A stretch of DNA of 64,000 bases from the human T2T-CHM13v2.0 reference genome, Homo sapiens (GCF_009914755.1 NC_060927.1); one strand, 5' to 3'; shown: positions 43,701 through 59,946, counted from the stretch's first letter. A program made the numbers and translations. Notes: generated from the sequence alone by a model not told the origin.

Positions 43701-45049
43701 TTTGTCTGATTTTTAGCAAAATGAATTTGACAATAGTAAACAAAATAGTTTAGCAATAAATCAGTTAAGAGTTAATGAAGAAATAGGTAGGGATAGCAAA
43801 CATGGGAAAAAGCAAGGCAAAGACAGCAATATCATTCTCACTCATTTTTCCTAGCATGTGCATTGAGCACAAACTACACAGCAGATATTATATATGCAAA
43901 GAGATATCATCTCAGACTCTGTTCTTTTAGAAAAATAAGCATCTAAATGTCCATTGAGACATCAGATCACAGGCTACAAAACAGATGAAACCAATACACC
44001 TGCTGTTTAAAATGTCAAAGCTCAAATACTTTAATATTTTATAAACTCTGTTGTTTCCAAGACGTAATACATGAAAACGTCATTCACCAATTCTATGCTT
44101 ATCTGTATAGCAGCACTTAGCAATCACATTAATGCCCTTGGGATAGTCTCCCTTCTTTATCTCTTAAAATTGATTCTCTCTTCATGACATTTGCACCCTT
44201 TTTTGTTATAGAATATGGCTTTTAAAGGAGCCTTCAGCCTTCCTGAAACTTGATACCTAGGGGATATATTTTAATTAAGTTTCAATGCATTTAGCACTTC
44301 AGAGTTTATGAAAAAGTTGAGCACAGTAAGACCATAATGAAATACAAATTTCTTTAATGTTAGCTCCTGAGTTAGGGAAAAAAAAAAGTGTTTATATCAG
44401 TAACCTTCACATTGCCATCAATATCGACGTAGAAGCTAAATAGTCTTTGGTCTGCCCTTGTAGTTCTCATCTTTATTATTTCACAGTGAATATGCAGCAT
44501 ATAAAAGCTATTTTGCAAGAGAGAAAAACTAAAACATACACAGCTTCTCTTTTCTGGTAGACTGCGCATTGTTAAAAACCAAAATGACCTACTAATTAGG
44601 TCAAATATAAAATTAACCTATTAAAAATACTATTTACCCCAATTATCACAAGTAAACAAAAAAGCAAGCTGATTTATTATTACATTTTGATTTAATTACT
44701 CCTGTTGTTAAACTGGCTCTTTTGATTTAAGTAAATATAAGTTAATGTAATTAAAGAATTAATGTAATCTTATGAAAATTAATCTATTTGTTAAATAAAA
44801 GAAAAAAAATGTGGTAATTGAACCTAAGACTACTCTAAAAAGTGAAGTCTATTAAAAATATTAACGCGTTGGTAAGTTTCTTTGATGTTCTTCTTGTCTC
44901 ATATACTCCACATAGAGCTGAAGCATCCAGTTATCTGGAAATGTCAAGTGACACAGAGAAAAAAAAATCCCCAACAAAAGTGGCAAAAAGGGGCAGTTTA
45001 GCAATAAAAAAAAAAAAAAAAAAACTGTTAGATGATAAACAATCTACTC

Positions 45050-46170
45050 CAACAGAACACCATAAAGCCAGTTGCACCACCACCACCCATGCCAGGAAAG
45101 TGAAATGGGTAGCTGAGACCCCCTCCCTCATGACGGTATAATGAGGTATCTTATAGACCCACCAGAGTGGTGTCAGAGAAGGCTTGTTGAATATTCTGGT
45201 ATTTTACTATCACATAGAGATAACTAGGACACCCTCAACGTGGAGATTCAATGGGAAGACAAAATTCCTACACTTGCCAAGCAGCAATCAGGAGCTCCAC
45301 CACCTTGTGTGTCAATTAGAGGCCAAGCAGTGAGCCTAGACTTTTATGTCCAGCTGGACTGTCAAGATGGTGTTCCTCTTTGCTCTTCTAAAGTGGCATT
45401 GGAAAAAGCCAGCTAAAACAGAAAGCTTAGTTAGGATTCAGTCTTATAGCATAATGCCTAAAATCAGGTTTTTAAAAATCTTCTAAAATTAACATTATTT
45501 AAGCGGACAAATCATAGTTATATACATTTATAGGATAAATTGTGATCTTTTGATACATGTATACAATGTGGACTGATTAAATCAAGTTAATTAGCATATC
45601 CAACCAGGTCTTGATAAAAAATGAAGTATCATGTCAAAAACTAGGAAAATCTCAAACTGAATGCAAAAAGACAATAGATGGCATAACTAATATGGGAGAA
45701 ATGCTAGAATAATCTGGCAATAATTTTAAAGCAGATAATGATTGAAAAATGACTAACTAATTTTAAAGCAGATTATGATTAAAAAATGCTTCCATAACTA
45801 TAGCTTTTTGCAAGAAATGTGAAAATAGAAAGCCACAGCAGAAAAATAAAAGATATAAAGAAGAACCAAATGGATATTTTAGAACTGAAAAATATAATAA
45901 TCAATATAAAAAGTTCAGTGGATGGAAAGAGGAAAAATTGATAAACTGAAGAATAGAAAAATAAAAATTAACTAATGCAAATACTAGAGAAAAAATAGAC
46001 TAAAAAATAAATAGAGACTTAGGAACTTGTAAGAGGATAACAAAAGATCTAACATTCATGCCAGTGGAATTACAGAAGGAGGAAAACATGAGAGAGCTGA
46101 AGAAGTATTTGAAGAAATTAGGAATTAAAACGTTCCAATTTTGTCCAGAGATATAAAGCTACAGATTTAT
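45050..46170 (+). mobile_element. Old L1M 5'/ORF1 region, containing a short antisense L1MA 3' fragment (~45490-45603)
   Basis: 'aagatataaagaagaaccaaatgga..ttagaactgaaaaata', 'aaagatctaacattcatg', 'aagtatttgaagaaat'. Confidence 0.65.
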
Positions 46171-47239
46171 CATAAATAAAGCAGTGTGTTATTCTTAGTG
46201 AATGGAACTGAGGCTTACTCGGGATACAGACTTGCATTTCCTGCATGCAATGCTTCTGCAAAAGTTATCATCAATGGGCTTACAGAATGCTTATCTCCCA
46301 TTATGGTATGCCAAACAGCATTGCTTCTGATCAAGACATTTACTGCACAGGAAATAAAGTCTTGTAATGAGCCCATTCTCATAAAATTCAATTGTCTTAT
46401 CATGTGCTCCACTATTCTAAGGTAGCTGACTTTATAGAGTAAGAAAAGAGCTTTTTGAAGACTCAGTTACAATGCCAGCTAGGTTAGAATACCTTGTAGG
46501 GCTCAGGCAAGGCTCTCCAGGAGATTTTATGGTCTTTGAATCAGCATCCAAAATGTAATGCTACTTTTCTAATACACAGGATTCATGGGTCCAGGAGTCA
46601 AGGGCTAAAAATGGAAATGGAACCAGTCACTATTGCCCTTGTTGACCTACTAGCAAAATATTTGATTTCTGTCCCCATGACCTTATTCTCTGCTGCCTAG
46701 AGGGCTTAATTCCAAAGGAAGGAATGGTTCTAGCAGAAGATACACCATAATTTAATTGAACTAGAAGTTAAGACGGCTACCTGGCAATTTTGGGCTCCTC
46801 ATGCCTCTGAATCAACAGGGAAAACAGGGAGTAACTGTGCTGGCTGGCTGGATTAATTCTGACTATCAAGGTAAATTAGACTACTATCCTTAAAATGGAG
46901 ATAAGAAAAAAAATATGTATAGAAATCCCTTAGGGTGCCTCTTAGTATCATTATTACCTGTGTTTAAAGTCAAGAGGAAACTGCAATAACCCTATTCAGG
47001 CAAAACACTTATGGCCCAGACCCTTCAAGAATGAATTTTTGAGTCACTCTTTTAGGTGAGAATTACAAATTTGCATTACAGTTTTAAGTATAGTATATTA
47101 TTTAAGTATAGTATATATTAAGTACATATTTAAGAATAGTATATTATATTAAGTAGAAGTGTGATCCTGCCACTGTTTTTATTTGAAGATTAGGTATTAA
47201 GGAGTTCTATACGGGTTTCAAGCTACAAAGGCATGGAAT
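46170..47239 (+). pseudogene. pol: ERVL internal remnant: integrase core and dUTPase-like region
   Basis: ORF 46186: AYSGYRLAFPACNASAK..GLTECL resembles HERV-L integrase; 46690-46895 reads KLRRLPGNFGLLMPLNQQGKQGVTVLAG..DYQG, resembling ERVL dUTPase. Confidence 0.85.
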
Positions 47240-47560
47240 TATAATGGTTAATTTTATATGTCAACATGACTGGGACACAGTAACTAGATATTTGATCAAA
47301 TAACACTCTACCAAAGATTGTTGTGAAGGTATTTTTAGAAGAGATTTAATCATTAAGCCTTGAATAAAAAAGATGATCCTTCATAATGTAGATGGACCTC
47401 ATTCAATCATTTGAAGTTCTTAAGAAAAAAAAGACCAAAGTTCCTGGAGGTAAAGAGATTTCTGCCTCCAGATTGTAGACAGACTTGAGCTACAAAAATT
47501 CCCCAGGACTCTAGCCTACTGGACATCCTACTGGTTCTATTTCTCTGGAGAACTTTAACA
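47240..47560 (+). mobile_element. MLT2 3' LTR of the ERVL remnant
   Basis: tataatggttaattttatatgtcaac after a PPT-like stretch; ends 'cctactggttctatttctctggagaac'. Confidence 0.82.
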
Positions 47561-47706
47561 CTTCACCTAAGTAAAGTTATACAAAATTTGTCCTTTTGTG
47601 ATTGCCATACTTCACTTAGCAGAATGTCTCACAGTTTATGTGCATTGTCACATGTGTTAGAATTTCCTTCACATTTTAATGCTGAATCTTGTATTCCATT
47701 GTTTGT

Positions 47707-48054
47707 TGTCTTAGTCCATTTTATGTTGCAATAACAGTATCATAGACTGGATTATTCATGAAGAAAATAAATTTGTTTCTCAGAGTCCTAGAGGCTGGGA
47801 TGTTCAGGATCAAAGTGCCAGCTTCTGGTGAGGACCACCATGGCAGAAGGTGGAAGGGCAAGAGAGTACAAAAGGGTAAGCAGAAAAGTGGCCACACTCA
47901 CTCCTGAACTCACTCCTGAAGTAACACCATTACTTCATTCACGAGTGCAGAGCTCTCATGACCTAATTACTTTCAAATTGTCCACCCCTCAACACTGTTG
48001 CATTGGGGAATGAGTTGACAAATGAACTTTAGGTGACACATTCAAGCCAGAGCA
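47707..48054 (-). mobile_element. MST-type MaLR solo LTR
   Basis: tgtcttagtccattt...acacattcaagccagagca; perfect 5-bp TSD tttgt. Confidence 0.88.
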
Positions 48055-49302
48055 TTTGTAAATAACACATTGATTTTATTCATTCATCCATTTTAAAGAA
48101 CACTTTGTTGCTTGCACCTTTTGGCTCTTATGAATAGTCCTGCTAAAAATAACAGTGTACAAATATCTATTATTGCCTGATTTCCATCCCTTTGAGTATC
48201 TACCCAAATGTGGAATTTCTGGATCTAACAGTGATTCTGGTGTTTACTTTTCAGGAATTGTCGTACTATTTTCCATAGCAGCTATAATATTTTACTTTTC
48301 TACCAGCTCCACATCTATGTAAATACTTGTGATTATTTATTTTTTAAAAAATAATGACCAATGTAATGATATAAAATAATATCTTTTGGGGACTCTTTTT
48401 GTATTTCCTTAATGATCAGTAATATTAGTCACTCTTTCATGTGCTTATTAGTCATTTATATGTCTTCTTTGGAGAAACATCTATTCAAGGCCTTTGTCCA
48501 GTTAATGTGATATACATATATTTTTAAGTTGTAGGAGTTCTTTTCATTTTCTGGATATCAATTAATCATCAGCTGTATAATTTATAAATATTTTAATTCC
48601 ATGGGTTACTTTTTCACTCTGTTTAGAGTATATTCTGATGTACAAATATTTTTAATTTTACCTGAGCTTATGATTTCATATCCAAGAAATCATTGCTAGA
48701 TCCAATGTCATGAGGTTTCCTCAGTATTCTGTTAAGAATTTTATAATATTAGTGCATAAATTTAGGTCTTTAATCAATTTTGAGTTAATTTCTGTATATG
48801 TCATAGGGTAAGATTCCAACTTTATTATTTTAAATATGGATATACATTTTCCCCTAAATCATTGGTTTAAAAGACTGTATTTTTTTTCCATTGAATAACA
48901 TTAGCATATAGGACACATATGTAAAGCATTATTTCTGGAATCTCTATTTTATGTCATTAGTATATTTATATGCCTTTATGTCAGTACTACACGTTCTTAT
49001 AATTATTGCTGAAGCCATATAGTAAGTTTTAAAATTAAATGTGAAACATCCAACTTTTTCTTTTTCAATATAGTTTTGGTTATTGGGGTCCTTTGGGATT
49101 CCATGTAAACTTTGGAATAAATGTTTTCATATTTTCAACAAAACATCATTGGAATTTTGACAGTGATTGTATTCAATCTGTAGATTGCTTTGAGTAGTAT
49201 TGATACCTTAAAAATACTAAGGCATCCAATTTATGAACATGGAATGTCTTTACATTTATTTTTGTCTTTAATTTTTCTAAACAGTGTTTTATATTTTACC
49301 TC

Positions 49303-51564
49303 TGATATAGTTTGGCTCTGTATCCCCACCTAAATCTCATCTTGAATTTTGCTTTCATAATTCCCACATGTTGTGGGAGGAACCTGGTGGGAGATAATGA
49401 ATCATGGAGGCAATTTTTTCCATACTGTTCTCATAGTAATGAATAAGTCTCATGAGATCTGATGTTTTTATTAGGGGTTTCTGCTTTTGCATCTTCCTCA
49501 TTTTCTCTTGCTGCTGCCATGTAAGATGTGCCTTTTCCTCCTGCCATGATTCTGAGGCCTCCCCAGCCACGTAGAACTGTAAGTCAATTAAACCTCTTTT
49601 CTTTCCCAGTCTCAGGTATGTCTTTATCAGCAGCATGAAAACAGGCTAATACAATGAATTGATACCAGTAGAGTGGGACGTTGCTGCAAAGATACCAGAA
49701 AATGCAGAAGCAACTTTGGAACTGGGTAACAGGCAGAGGTTGGAACAGTTAGGAGGCCTCAGAGGAAGACAGAAACATGTGGGAAAGTTTGAAACTTCCT
49801 AGAAATTTGTTGAATGGCTTTGACCAAAAGCCTGGTACTGATATGGACTACAAGGTCCAGCCTGAGGTGGTCTCAGATGGAGATGACGTACTTATTGGGA
49901 ACTGGAGAAAAGATGACTTGTGTTATGTTTTAGCAAAGAGGCTGGAGGCATTTTACTCCTGCCCTAGAGATTTGTGGAACTTTGAACTTGAGAGAGATGA
50001 TTTAGGGAATCTGGCGAAAGAAATTTCTAAGCAGCAAAGCATTCAAGATGTGACATGGTGCTTTTAAAGGCATTCAGTTTTATAAGGGAAGCAGAGCATG
50101 AAAGTTCAGGAAATTTGCAGCTTGACAATGCGATGGAAAAGAAAAACCCATTTTCTAAGGAGAAACTCAAGCTGGCTGCAGACGTTTGCATAAGTAACAA
50201 GGAGCCAAATGTTAATCCCCAAGAGAATGGAAAAAATATCTCCAGGACATTTCAGAGGCCTTTATGGCAGCCCCTCCCATCACAGGCCTGGATGCCTGGG
50301 AGAAAATGGTTTCATGGGTCAGGTCCAGGGTCCTCTTGCTGTGTGCAGCCTAGGATCTTACTGCCCTGCATTCCAGCCACTCCAGGCATGGCTGAAAAGG
50401 GCCAACGTAGAGCTTGGGCCTTGGCTTTAGAGGGTGCAAGCCCCAGCCTTGGCAGCTTCCACATGGTGTTGAGCCTGCGAGTGCACAGAAGAATTAAGGT
50501 TTGGGAACCTCCGCCTAGATTTCAGAAGACATATAGAAACACCTGGATGCCCAGGCAGAAGTTTGCTGCAGGGGCAGGGCCCTCATGGAGAACCTTCAGT
50601 AGGGCAGTGCAGAAGGGAAATGTAGGGGTCAGAGTCCCTACTTGGGCACCACCTAGTGGAGCTGTGAGAAGAGGGCCACCATCCTCCAGACCCCAGAATA
50701 ATAGACCCAATGACAGCTTGCACCATTCACCTGGAAAAGCCACAGACACTCAATGCCAGCCCATGAAAACAGCTGGGAGGGAGGCTGCATACTGCAAAGC
50801 CACAGAGGCAGAGCTGTCAAAGACCATGGGAACCAACCTCTTGCATCAGCATGACCTGGATGTGAGACCTGGAGTCAAAGGACATCATTTTGTAGCTTTA
50901 AAATTTGACTACTCTGCTGATTTTGGACTTGTATGGGGCCTGTATCCCCTTTGTTCTGGCCAATTTCTTCCATGTGGAATGGCTGTATTTACCTAAAAAC
51001 TGTATTCCCATTGTATCTAGGAAGTAACTAGCATGCCTTTGATTTTACAGGCTCATAGGTGGAAAGGGCTTGCCTTGTCTCAGACAAGACTTTGGACTGT
51101 GGACTGTGGGTTAATGCAGAAATTAGTTAAGATTTTTGGGGACTGTTGAGAAGGCATGATTGGTCTTGAAATGTGAGGATATGAGATTTGGAGGGACCAG
51201 GGGTGGAATGATATGGTTTGGCTCTGTGTTCCCACCCAAATCTCATCTTGAATTGCATTCCCATAATTCCCATGTATTGTGGGAGAGATTCGGTGGGAAG
51301 TAAATTGAATCCTGGGGATGGTTTCCCCCATATTTTTCTCGTGGTAGGGAATAAGTCTCATGACATCTGATGGTTTTATCAGGGGTTTCTGCTTTTGCAT
51401 CTTCCTCATTTTCTCTTGCCACCACCATATAAGAAGTGCCTTTCGCCTCCTGACATGATTCTGAGGTCTTCCCAGCCATGCAAAACTGTAAGTCCAATTA
51501 AACCTTTTTTTCGTTTCCAGTCTTGGGTTTATCTTTATTAGCAGTGTTAAAACAAACTAATACA
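49303..51564 (+). mobile_element. Full-length THE1A MaLR: LTR 49303-49653, internal 49654-51208, LTR 51209-51564
   Basis: Two homologous TG..CA LTRs with THE1A-type 'cttcctcattttctcttg'; PPT ccaggggtggaa; TSD acctc/acccc. Confidence 0.95.
49777..50996 (+). pseudogene. MaLR internal ORF remnant (96-aa plus 313-aa frames)
   Basis: MWESLKLPRNLLNGFDQ..LWNFELERDDLG..EISKQQSIQ, frameshift, then VLLKAFSF..VWEPPPRFQ..PPSSRPQN. Confidence 0.85.
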
Positions 51565-52379
51565 ACCCCCTTGGTTAAATTCATTCCAAAGCATTTTATT
51601 CTTTTTGATGCATTGTACATGAAATTGTTATCTTAAACTTTTTTCAAATTGTCCGTTCTTAGAGTGTAAAAGCACAACTGATTTTTTATCTTATACCTTG
51701 CAATTTTGCTCAATGTCCATATTCATTGTAATAGTCTTGTCTTCATGGAAACATTATGGTTCTCTACATATAAGGTTATGCCATCTGATTTCAGAGATAA
51801 TGTTAATTATTTCTTTTCAATTTTGACCTTTTTTTGTATTTTTTCTATCTTAATTTCTCTGTCTAGGGAATTACAGTACTATGATGAATGCAAGTGGCAA
51901 AAGTAGCCATTTTTATTTTGTTCCTAATCTTTTAGAAAAATATTTCAATTTTTGCCATTGACTATAATGTTAGCTGAAGGATTTTCATATATAACATTTA
52001 TAATATTGATGTAGTTTTTGTATGCTTAGTTTATTTACTGCTTCTATTACAAAAGTGTTGAATTTTGTCAAATGCTTTTTTTCTGCATTAATGGAGGTTA
52101 TGTGGGGTTTTTCTTCATTCTATTAACGTGCTATTTAAGTTTATTTTACTATGTTGAACCATCTTTGCATTCCATTAATAAATGTAACTTAGTTATCATT
52201 TATAATACTTTCAATCTGATGAATTTATGTTGAATTTTGTTTCCTAGTATTTTAATAAGCATTTATATTAATATTCTAAAGGCATATTGGTTTGTAGGGT
52301 TTTTTTTGTACTATCTTTGACTGGCTTTGGTATCAAGGTAATACTGAACTCATAAAATAATTTGAAGTATTTTTTTTCA

Positions 52380-52726
52380 TGTAAGTCCTTTCAGGCTACT
52401 GTGACAAAATACTAGTTTGTGTGGTTTAAACAAAAAACATTTATTTTTCACAGTTCTAAGGCTGAGAAGTCCAAGAAAAAGTGCTGGCCAGGTGCCTCTT
52501 CCTAGCTTGTAGATGACCACCTCCTTGCTGTGTTCTCATGTGGTACAGAGAGAGTGATTTCTCTCTTTTTCTTCTTATAAAGCATTAATCTCACCACCAG
52601 GGCCCCACTCTCATGACCTCATCGAACTCTAATTGCCCTCCAAAGGCCACATCTCCAATACAGGTACATTGCGGTTTAGGACTTTAGCATATAAATTTTT
52701 GAAGAAACACAATTCAGTCCATAACA
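52380..52726 (-). mobile_element. MLT1A-like solo LTR
   Basis: 'catttatttttcacagttctaaggctgagaagtccaag', 'ctcatgacctcatc', ends 'aattcagtccataaca'. Confidence 0.85.
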
Positions 52727-53099
52727 CCTCATTTTCAACTTTTCAAAGACTTTGAGAAATATTAGTGTTAATTATTTTTTAAATGTATTGTCAAATTTAC
52801 CAGCAAAGTTATCTGTTTCTGGGATTTTCCTTGTTTGGAAGTTTTTGATTACTGATTTTGATTACTGATAGTGTTATTGATCTATTCATACTTTCCATTT
52901 CTTCACAATTCAATTTTGATGGGTTGTGTTTTTCTAGGAATATGTTCATTACTTCTAGATTACCTAAAATATTGGCATACAACTGTTTGTATTACACATT
53001 TATAATATTATGAAGATAAATTTAAAATTATTTCTATGATTATCTTTAAAATTCAGTAGAATAAAAAAAAATTAAAACCAAAGAATTTTATATTTTTCT

Positions 53100-54050
53100 A
53101 TGACTTTAAGTTGCTGTCTAATGTCCTTTTCATTTTAATTCTCAGTTGACTTTCTTTCTTTCAGCACTTTAGATATATAATTCTACTCTCTTGGCCTGCA
53201 AGCTTACCACAGAGGAATCCTCTGATAGTCTACTTGAGGATGCCTTGTACATAAAAAGTCATGTTTTTTCTTGTTGCTTTTAAAATTCCCTCCTTGTTTT
53301 TCAACCATTTGATTATAATGTGTCTCATTATGAGTAACTTTGAATTTTATTCTACTAGTGTTTATTGAGCTTCCTGAATTTGTATATCCATGACTTTTCT
53401 TTTTCAAATTTGGGAAGTTTTCAGCCATTACTTTTTTCAGATAAGTTCTTTGTCTCTTTCTCTCTCTGTCTTTACTTGCCTATTAAAGTCTGCTGTTAGA
53501 TCCCAGCTTTTATTTGTTTTAGTTCTTGAGTTTCTATTTATTTCTTTATTTGTAATTCTTAGCTGTTTGCTGATATTTTAATTATGTTCATATGTTATTT
53601 TCCTGACTTCCTTTATCTCTTTGAGCATATTTAGTACAGTTAATTTAAATTCTTTGTCTAGCAAATATAATATCTGTGTTTCTTCTGTGATGGTTTCTGA
53701 ATATTACTGTTGTTACTTTAAATAGGCCATGTTTTCATATTTCTTTGTATGCTTTATGACTGTTTGTTAGAAACTTGGCATTTATCTAAACAACCACTGA
53801 TCCCAGTCTTTATAGGATTGCTCTGTGCAAGGAAATACATTCACTTTTTACCCTGGCACATACTTTTAAGGTCTTCTCAGACTTATATGGAACATGCATC
53901 TTCCCTGAGTCTGTGTGCTTGCATTAATTTTTTTTTAATTATCCTGCATCTGTGGCTGCTTTCTAAATGTTGATTTCGCTAGGAATCACACAGTTGCTTC
54001 TCCTAATTGACTTCACTTCTCTACTGTATTCCACAAACAGTATTTTCTTG
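53100..54050 (-). mobile_element. Old L1M ORF1/5' region
   Basis: ORF 53204..53428(-) starts MAENFPNLKK, an L1 ORF1p motif. Confidence 0.65.
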
Positions 54051-54052
54051 CC

Positions 54053-54082
54053 CCAAGAATGTCATAACCAAGAATGTCATAA
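54053..54082. repeat. Perfect 15-bp tandem duplication
   Basis: ccaagaatgtcataa twice. Confidence 0.9.
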
Positions 54083-54126
54083 TGGCAGAGGAGTAGAAAC
54101 AAAGTAAAATTGAACAGACCATATAA

Positions 54127-56435
<2,309 letters not shown>

Positions 56436-57093
56436 TATTTGTAAAAACCGTGTGTTTATGTAGCTGTACAAGATGGACTATCACCTATTAAAATTATAAA
56501 AGTAGAAATATTTTTAAAAATAAAATAAGATCAGTTGAGCATCCTTAACGTCTTTGTTTTATATAAGAAAATAAAAAAATATAATGCCATATGGTCAAAG
56601 AAATGTAATAACTTTGCTGTGGAAATGACCTATTATAGAGAACAAAATATCAGAATTTCAAATTAATGACAAATGGTATTTCTTCATTTGATGACTACAA
56701 TATGAATGAGTACAATATGTTGTTAGATAATATTAAGAAAATATTGAAATAGGAAATTGTGAAAACTGAAGTAAAAACAAATTGAATAAATTTGAAGTCT
56801 ATGTTTTATTCAAAATTCTAACAGTAATTATGTGACATATGATTTGATGTTCAGACCATAAAAATTAGCTAGAATTTTTTTAATTTAAAATATATTGTTA
56901 TCTCTATAAATCAATAATATAATAAGCTTGAAACCACTACTTTAAAATATATGCACATTTCACAAACAGATAGAAGATAACATATAAGAAAGACAGTATT
57001 TGTGTTCAAGTAGTAGAATTTCAGACGAGATCTTTCTAATTCTCTACTTTGTAAATTTTCTTCAGCACAATCTTGTTACAATAAGAATAGCTA

Positions 57094-57436
<343 letters not shown>

Positions 57437-58901
57437 AAGAATAACTTCAAGCATCTTACCAGAGAAAGTTAAATACTGCTTAATGTAGACAGAGGGGCAG
57501 AAGGTGAAAATGGGAACTTATTTTGCAGTCAGCCTCAATATGTCAGGGGCACCTGAAAATATTGCCAACGGGGAATTCTAAGGCAAATTAAAAAAGAATG
57601 TGCAATAAATAATACACTGTGACCCAAACCTTTGAAGTCACTGAGAACACATATCTTTGAATTACCCTGCAGATATTTCAGTTCATAATATGCAAAAGGT
57701 ATCGTGCTATATTGGCCTGGTCCAGAAATGGTGTTGGTTAAGGCTACAGACTGGACTTACTGAAGAATGGAGAGCCAAGAAATTGACCTTTGATTAATTC
57801 AGTCTTTCAATAATTGCTCAGAATTGACTGGGTCTACAATTTGTTGTTTGCACTTGAAAATAGGCAAGTTTGTTGTCAGTTTCTAAAACAGTGAAGAGAG
57901 CCAGTGGATTGTACAAAAATCCCTCAGAGGAGAATGAAGACTTCTTAATGGGCACAACAAACATCTTAATAGACATAAGGAGATCCTCTTTCTGCTGCGA
58001 GATTATCATAAGTACCGGCCAAATTTGTGAAGACTTGAAAGTAGGGAAAATAGCTCTTCTGGCTTCTGCCTCCTCATTTATGTGACAACTTCACCCAATA
58101 AATCTTGTATTTTCTCCCCAGACGATGTCTGATTGTTTTCTTAGCTCTGTAGATATCTTTCCAATAAATAAGTTAAATAATTGGGAAAACCATGCAAATG
58201 GAAATCAAAATATGTGAAGTATTCATCTCCCTCAACTGGGCTTGCAGTCTATCTGGTGACTCAGAAACACCAGAATTATCATACTTTCAAATAGATACGA
58301 AAAATTAAAAGTGCCAAATGAGTTCTGACCTCAGAACGCTCAATTCTAGCTGTCAAAGATATTCTACAGGAAAAGATGTGAATTCATCTTCTCCCAAATG
58401 GTTTAAGAGGAATTGTATAGACAGGAGAGATAGAAATTTGCATGAAGAAATTTATAGGGTTGAAAAATGTAAGATATGTCAGCGATGAGTAGATCAGTGT
58501 AAATGGAATGAAAGGCTCATGCTTTTTCTATTACACCATTGATATCAAGTCCTTTAGTTGACTAACAATTGATGGCTCCTATATGTGCCACTTAAGTGTA
58601 AACGAAAATAAAATGCTTGCATATGCTCAAATAGAATTATATTTTATTAGTATAGGATCAAGGTGCCCTTCACCAAATTCCTAAAATATCTATTTAACTA
58701 AATATCTAGCTAAATAGTTGTTTAGCAGTTTGATTGTATTTTATAGAAAAAAGAATGTGCTTTTCTAGAACTAAAAAATTTTATATATGTACAAATATGC
58801 TAGTATCCTTTAATTAACTGACTTTTCCAATATACTTAATACTGAAATTGGCATTTGTTAATTAGGAAATATTGATGAATATTTTCTTTGTTGATAGAAG
58901 A

Positions 58902-58929
<28 letters not shown>
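58902..58929. repeat. (TA)n microsatellite
   Basis: Direct read. Confidence 0.95.
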
Positions 58930-58932
<3 letters not shown>

Positions 58933-59479
58933 GTCCACTTGTGGAAGTAAACCAATATGTCATAAAAATCAATTTATCTTAAACAACAAACATATTTATA
59001 GTTAGGATATAGGAGAATTGCAGAACTGAAGAACAAATGCTACTAGAAGAACAGGTAGCGCTCCAAAGAAAGGCTGAATATAAACCAGAGGGTAGAAAAA
59101 AAGACGGACAGCAAGCTGTAGCTGTTGCTGAGATGAATTTGAGCCCTAATAAAACTTTGGCTCTCCCCAAGCAATCTTGAAATCTTATTGACCATAAAAT
59201 ACGTAGCTCTCTTCTATCATTGTCATCTCTATCCATTATCTATATTAGGTTAACAATATACATACTCTAGCTTGATATACATATACACAATAAAATCTAG
59301 TTTTAAAAACTGTCTATTTGGTTAAATTACCAAGAAGACATCTCAAGAATGAAATATAAATATTTTTTTCTATGGGATGTGTTTTCTGATACAGATAAAC
59401 TTCTTCCTACTATTCAAACTTTCGTAACACTCTCCCTTTTTCATACTAAACTCATACTTTCATTGTGCACCATTTTTGC

Positions 59480-59946
59480 CCTTAAATAGGTACAACTTGC
59501 TATTGTTCTGCCTAAATGCACTTCCTTTGACTCCTATTATGGCTGCCTCCTTCTCCACATTGAGCATTCTCTGCTCATTCCTTCATCACATTGTTATATA
59601 AAATTCCTCGTGTGTTTTCTGGTTAGCTCTTATCACAATATGATTAAATTTTGTTTGTGTGTTTACTTACTGGTTGACTTTTAATAATGTCATGAGTGTT
59701 GAAGCATCTGTGGGCCCAAAACCACATTGTGCCTGGCTTACAATACATGACACTCTTTTATAGTCAATTACATTGCAAAATTGCTTAGGAAAGAGCCAAG
59801 ACTTTACATTGCTGATAAAGCCACTATAGTAACTATCACAGTGCTGAATATCTAACTGGTACTTAATATTATTGACCAATTGACCAAGTTGCATCTGTTA
59901 ATTGCATACATGTCATTAAATACCTGTTGACTAAATGAGTGAATGA
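59480..59946 (+). mobile_element. L2 3' end, interrupted by a short insert
   Basis: 'gtgcctggc..' and terminal 'taaatacctgttgactaaatgagtgaatga'. Confidence 0.6.

Larger units (their letters stand above)
47570..53000 (-). mobile_element. Old L1M (MA/MB-like) 3' UTR and ORF2, hosting three MaLR insertions
   Basis: Antisense L1 text stays colinear across the insertions at 47707, 49303 and 52380. Confidence 0.8.

Noticed and set aside
57713-57800. Y-RNA-like start (ggcctggtcc..)
   Set aside because: Similarity does not extend; no matching 3' stem, tail or TSD.
57870-58125. 71-aa ORF and a nearby acceptor-like 'ttttctccccag' as a host exon
   Set aside because: No recognisable homology, non-ATG start, no paired splice sites.
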